A stretch of 52,600 nucleotides of DNA. It comes from a virus. Lineage: Duplodnaviria > Caudoviricetes. Shown here piece by piece: positions 48,390 to 52,600 of the stretch (its first letter is position 1; every line of letters starts with the position of its first letter). The notes beneath the pieces were generated by a model, which did no database searches, was not told where the DNA came from, and saw only the letters and a program-made list of their open reading frames with translations. The stretch spans positions 1-52,600 of the IMG/VR virus record IMGVR_UViG_3300046003_005111; one strand, 5' to 3'. The position numbers were made by a program, and so were the translations under genes.

Positions 48390-50288
48390 ATGAGTTCACA
48401 AAGCGAAATATTTTCAAGATATAGGTCACTGGTGGTTTCTAATAAACAGAAACCATATGCTACCGATGCACAAAAAAAATTAGATAAATTAGAATTTGTC
48501 GACTTTTTAGTTGAGTTGGTTAAATCAACCAGAGGTCAAAAAGAGTTTAAAAGTTTAATATTAAAAGGTAGTCTATCCCAATTAAAAAAATTTGATGAAA
48601 TCAACAAAGTTATTGTTGATAATTTTATCGCTTTATTTGGTTGTGATAGTAATTTATTTATACCTCAAAAATATACAACATTAGCGGTTGGTGGTGTAGA
48701 AATGACCAAACAAGAGATTGATTCTTTTGGGTTATTAAATATTGACCCTGATAGTAAGTCGGGTAAGTTAATGTATGAGGGTAATGATATTACCAAACAT
48801 GTAAATTATTTTTTTAGTAAATCACAAAACGCGACAATTGACTCGCCATTAGAATTAAAAAAAGATAATAGAGTATTATTTACTTTACACGCAAAAGACC
48901 CGTCAACATTTGTATTTAAATTCGGTGAATTTTATTCAAAAAAACAATTTTCAATCTTTTTAAATGACTATTTAGCTGTTGTAACACCAGTGTTTAATTT
49001 CCCTAATTTTATGTCCATATTAATGGATATATTGACAGGATCAGTTTCAACTAAAGCAAAACTAAACAAAAAAATCATAGTTAAACAAAGTGCTTTAATT
49101 AAAGGGTTAAAAAAAATGTTTGGGTTTTGTAATGAGGATGATAATGGAATGCCAGATGCGTCAAATAAAAGTTTTTTAGATAAAGAATTTAAACCATCAG
49201 ATGCGCAAAAAAATGGTGATGGTATTTTAAACTCTGACGCTGATTTTGATAATGTTTTTAATTTTAATAATAAAGAGTTAGATGATATTGAAAACACTGG
49301 TAATCTTAGGGCAAACAACTTTTTAAGATTTTCTTCATGTGGTAATCTGGATGTTGGTATAAACCCAGATGATATCATAAATTCTTTAGAAGAATTATTT
49401 AATAATAGTCAGGGTGATAGATTAATTTTCCCTAATGAAAACCCACAAAATGTTGTACCGCAAGAAAATGCTAGTACAATAGATAATTCTAAAAAAATAC
49501 CAAATTTAGACCAAGCGTCTGATATATTAGATAAAGCTTTAAAAAACGGTATTAACGATGTTGTTAATTCAGGTGAAATAGACGCAGCAATTAATTTACC
49601 TAATATAAATGCTGAGATTCAATTAAATATTTTAAAGGCTATACCATATGCTATTATGCAAATGATTATAACACCTAAATTATTGGTGGTACCTAAATTA
49701 TATTTAGTTTTAAAAGATGATAACACAAAAAAATCACCAGAAGAGATGATATCTTTTATGAAACCTTTAATTAAAAAAATAGGTAGTTTTATCACGGATT
49801 TATTAATTAAAAATATTTTTAATCTAGTAAAAAAAGATTTACTTAATTTAGCAAAAAAGATTAGTGCTGATTTCTTAAAACAAAGAGGACTTGATTACAT
49901 CTCATCATTAAAAAGTCTATTATCACTTTTAAGTGCTTTAAAAGGTTTTAAAGTTGGTGGATGTCAATCAATAATTGAACAAATATTACGCTTATTAAAA
50001 CTATTAAACGTAGCACCGATGCCACCTATGCCACCACCATTAGTTTTATTGGGTGGTGCATTAAAACCAGGTTTAAATCAAATCGCTATGGTTAATGATT
50101 TAAAATCAAGCTTAAGCGATAAAGGTATTGAGACGGCTGCAACGTTTCCAGATGGAACACCAAATCATCTTATGATTGCTTTGGAAGAAAGTATGAAAAC
50201 TATGGTTAGCCATATAAAAACAAATTCAAAAATTGAAGTAACCACTGTTGGTGTTGGTTTTACAACAGGCTTCGGACAAATGCAATAA
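48390..50288 (+). CDS. Hypothetical protein, probably virion/baseplate
   Basis: 632 aa, Pro-rich PMPPMPPP segment, upstream of the spike gene. Confidence 0.55.
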   Translation: MSSQSEIFSRYRSLVVSNKQKPYATDAQKKLDKLEFVDFLVELVKSTRGQKEFKSLILKGSLSQLKKFDEINKVIVDNFIALFGCDSNLFIPQKYTTLAVGGVEMTKQEIDSFGLLNIDPDSKSGKLMYEGNDITKHVNYFFSKSQNATIDSPLELKKDNRVLFTLHAKDPSTFVFKFGEFYSKKQFSIFLNDYLAVVTPVFNFPNFMSILMDILTGSVSTKAKLNKKIIVKQSALIKGLKKMFGFCNEDDNGMPDASNKSFLDKEFKPSDAQKNGDGILNSDADFDNVFNFNNKELDDIENTGNLRANNFLRFSSCGNLDVGINPDDIINSLEELFNNSQGDRLIFPNENPQNVVPQENASTIDNSKKIPNLDQASDILDKALKNGINDVVNSGEIDAAINLPNINAEIQLNILKAIPYAIMQMIITPKLLVVPKLYLVLKDDNTKKSPEEMISFMKPLIKKIGSFITDLLIKNIFNLVKKDLLNLAKKISADFLKQRGLDYISSLKSLLSLLSALKGFKVGGCQSIIEQILRLLKLLNVAPMPPMPPPLVLLGGALKPGLNQIAMVNDLKSSLSDKGIETAATFPDGTPNHLMIALEESMKTMVSHIKTNSKIEVTTVGVGFTTGFGQMQ

Positions 50289-50291
50289 AAT

Positions 50292-50510
50292 ATGAATAAT
50301 CCAAAACTAAAAGAAATTTTTGAAAACGTTGATAAAAAATCAAATAAAGATTTGGCAACGCTATTACACGCTTTAAAAAATGATTTTGAAGGTGTTAAAG
50401 AAACTGTTTTAAGATTAACAACGACCATGGAAGAGGTTGAAGTTACATATGAAAAAGTCTATAATGAATTAAAACAAAGACTAAAATTCGAAGATAAAGA
50501 TGAAAGCTGA
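50292..50510 (+). CDS. Small coiled-coil protein
   Basis: 72 aa with heptad pattern. Confidence 0.6.
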   Translation: MNNPKLKEIFENVDKKSNKDLATLLHALKNDFEGVKETVLRLTTTMEEVEVTYEKVYNELKQRLKFEDKDES

Positions 50511-52170
50511 TTTTAGTTTAGGTATTTGTTTTAATAATAGTGATCCGTTAAATTTCGGTAGAATACTTGTTGTTTCTTACGAAGAATATAAGGAACATGT
50601 TTCTTATTCATCTATTGAGAATGCAATTGATTTATTGAACATAAATTCAATAAAATATGATAAATGGAGTGATAGTGGTGTTGGTGCTAAAACCAGAGAT
50701 CCGCATGTTGTAACCCCATTTTTACCAAATCAAATATCGGTTATACCTAAACCTGGTCAGGTTGTTAGATTAATTAGATTTGATGACGGAACTGTAAATT
50801 ATATTGGCCCTGTAACACAAAATCCTTTAAAACTAAACACAACATATTTTGAGGAAAATAGTAGGAGAAAATTTTCCGTATCTAACGACATTTCAAATAG
50901 CGTTAACGATGCGGTCTTTTCTGGTTTTAACAATGAGCAAGTTTCTTTAGGTAATGATAGGATTCTACTTAGGTTAGATCATTTAGATAGTCAAGCTAGA
51001 AAAAAAACATATCCAGTGTTTCAATTATCAAAGTTTACAAAAACAATAAATTACACTGTTAAAGATGTTACTGAAACAACTAAACCAGATGTTTTTTTAG
51101 ATTATATGATTGAAATAACATTTGATTATACCAGAAAAGAAGCTCTTGATAGTAAGAATATTATATGTAGTATAAACCTATATAGTACTTTGGAACTTAT
51201 AAGCACCAAACAAAACAATACTTCAAAAATTGTTAAAGGTTTGATGAAAAAAGATTATAATAGGTTTAAAAATTATACATCTGGTGTGAATAATAACCAG
51301 TATGTTGTTAATCACACGCTAGAGTTTAATGATGTTGAATCAATAGATAAAACCATTGAAGATATTATTTCCGCTTATAAGACAAAAAAAATTAAATTTT
51401 ATAACCCACAAACAATTGGTTCACAAATAATCGAATCTGAAAATAATATTATAAACCTGGTTAATAGAATACCTTTCAGATCTAATAGTTCTGGAGCTAA
51501 TCACGATACAACAGACGAGGTTGCTGATTTAAAAAACTTTGTTGTCAGAATAAATCCGAATAATAGAGATACATATACAACCCCGAGTGCTGATTTACAA
51601 AACGAACTTGGTATACCAGCAACACAACCAACGGATTCAACATCACTAAATTATGTTAGGTTTAAAGAATTTAACGGTTTTATACGTAAAATTAGGAAAT
51701 ATGACAATGATAGATTCTTAGGTGATCAGGAATTGCAAGCACCTATTACAACAACAACTAAACAAACACAATCCACGGTAAATGATAAAGAAGTTACCGT
51801 AAACGTTAACTACGCTGATAAATTTTTATTTTTAAGTAGCTTAAACTCAAGAGATTATCTTGAAAGTGCTAATGATGGTATGAGTAAAGAAACAATCTCT
51901 AAATTTTTATCAAATCTTTCTTCGGACGATACTAATAGAAGTTATGAAACTTATGGTTTTGTTAGAGGTGAAAAAATACTAGATTTAGTAGATCAAATAT
52001 TATCACTTTTCTTATCCCACGGGCATTCAATCGGGCAATCTGAAGGTTCTTTAAGTAAAAATGCTGTGGAATCGGTTAAAAATTTAAGAGGACAAATTGC
52101 TCAAGAAATAAATGGAAATACAACAAATTCCACGACAAAGATAATTAATCATAACTTACGTATTAATTAA
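50500..52170 (+). CDS. Baseplate central spike (gp5/gpV-like): N-terminal OB fold, C-terminal HxH
   Basis: DPLNFGRI.V...PFLP...PKPGQVV OB-fold signature; VRGEKILDL....L..HGH near the C-terminus. Confidence 0.65.
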   Translation: MKADFSLGICFNNSDPLNFGRILVVSYEEYKEHVSYSSIENAIDLLNINSIKYDKWSDSGVGAKTRDPHVVTPFLPNQISVIPKPGQVVRLIRFDDGTVNYIGPVTQNPLKLNTTYFEENSRRKFSVSNDISNSVNDAVFSGFNNEQVSLGNDRILLRLDHLDSQARKKTYPVFQLSKFTKTINYTVKDVTETTKPDVFLDYMIEITFDYTRKEALDSKNIICSINLYSTLELISTKQNNTSKIVKGLMKKDYNRFKNYTSGVNNNQYVVNHTLEFNDVESIDKTIEDIISAYKTKKIKFYNPQTIGSQIIESENNIINLVNRIPFRSNSSGANHDTTDEVADLKNFVVRINPNNRDTYTTPSADLQNELGIPATQPTDSTSLNYVRFKEFNGFIRKIRKYDNDRFLGDQELQAPITTTTKQTQSTVNDKEVTVNVNYADKFLFLSSLNSRDYLESANDGMSKETISKFLSNLSSDDTNRSYETYGFVRGEKILDLVDQILSLFLSHGHSIGQSEGSLSKNAVESVKNLRGQIAQEINGNTTNSTTKIINHNLRIN

Positions 52171-52183
52171 AATATTTATTACT

Positions 52184-52600
52184 ATGGGTATATACAGAAC
52201 ATATTTTGATAAAAACAACACTATTGTTAAAGATAGTAACGTTAATACTGGCAGAAACCAAGTGTCAGAGCTATATTTTGGTGATCTCATCAGTAGGTTT
52301 TTGTTTTATTGCTCATTTGATGAGGTTATAAATCTTGTAAACTCTGGTGTTATAAATCCAAACGGTAACGTGAAACATATTTTAACAATCAAAAATACAA
52401 GTAATTTTGATATTAAAGATATATTGAGTATCGACAATAATTTAATGTTCGGTAGTTATTTTAGACCAACCTCATTTGATCTTGAATTACATGATGTTAA
52501 CGAACTATGGGATGAGGGTAATGGTTATGATTTTGTTACTGGAATTCAATCATTCCCACAAAACATTGAATATATTTTAGGACCATCAAATTGGATACCT
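52184..52600 (+). CDS. Putative virion structural protein, partial (runs off window end)
   Basis: MGIYRTYFDKNNTIVKDSNVNTGRNQVSELYFG...SRFL...WDEGNGYD open to the end; late motif AATATTTATT at 52171-52180. Confidence 0.65.
   Translation, partial: MGIYRTYFDKNNTIVKDSNVNTGRNQVSELYFGDLISRFLFYCSFDEVINLVNSGVINPNGNVKHILTIKNTSNFDIKDILSIDNNLMFGSYFRPTSFDLELHDVNELWDEGNGYDFVTGIQSFPQNIEYILGPSNWIP

Noticed and set aside
2066-50428. Short antisense or nested ORFs in the track (e.g. 2066..2401, 8897..9250, 12414..12782, 20063..20305, 44079..44429, 48968..49378)
   Set aside because: They lie opposite or inside well-supported genes, have shadow-ORF composition (Ile/Leu/Ser/Phe-rich) and no motifs.
1-52600. 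Stop-codon reassignment as seen in some jumbo phages
   Set aside because: Long intact ORFs under code 11; TAG ends tube, polB and phoH and TGA ends the gp26-like and sigma genes at plausible C-termini.
1-52600. tRNA or rRNA genes
   Set aside because: Intergenic gaps are short and AT-rich; no cloverleaf or T-loop signatures seen.

Overview
AT-rich, densely coding fragment of a large (jumbo-type) contractile-tailed dsDNA phage using the standard genetic code. Bases 1-24.6 kb are a minus-strand tail/baseplate module: neck gp14-like, tail terminator, sheath, tube, gp26/gp51-like chaperone pair, two tandem tape-measure paralogues, a 2953-aa multidomain baseplate protein, a gp53/LysM-like protein and a truncated hub protein. 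Bases 24.6-52.6 kb are mostly plus strand: SNF2 helicase, GP88-like Cys-motif protein, neck gp13-like, family B DNA polymerase, small late genes including a WYL-like protein, six glycosyltransferase genes (about seven GT domains) with an FkbM methyltransferase, dUTPase, PhoH, a phage sigma factor and a gp5-like spike. Main observations: (1) the polymerase has a ~125-aa DarG/TARG1-like macrodomain inserted inside its proofreading exonuclease, suggesting a replicase that removes DNA ADP-ribosylation (anti-DarTG); (2) a probable virion-glycosylation system, with a late-promoter GT11-GT7-GT25-FkbM cassette and [S/T]-G-x-T enrichment in structural proteins; (3) a recurring TATTTAT late-promoter candidate, the reverse complement of the T4 late promoter; (4) duplicated tape measure genes and a candidate +1/-2 chaperone frameshift. 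All family calls come from motif recognition by eye; no database searches were run.
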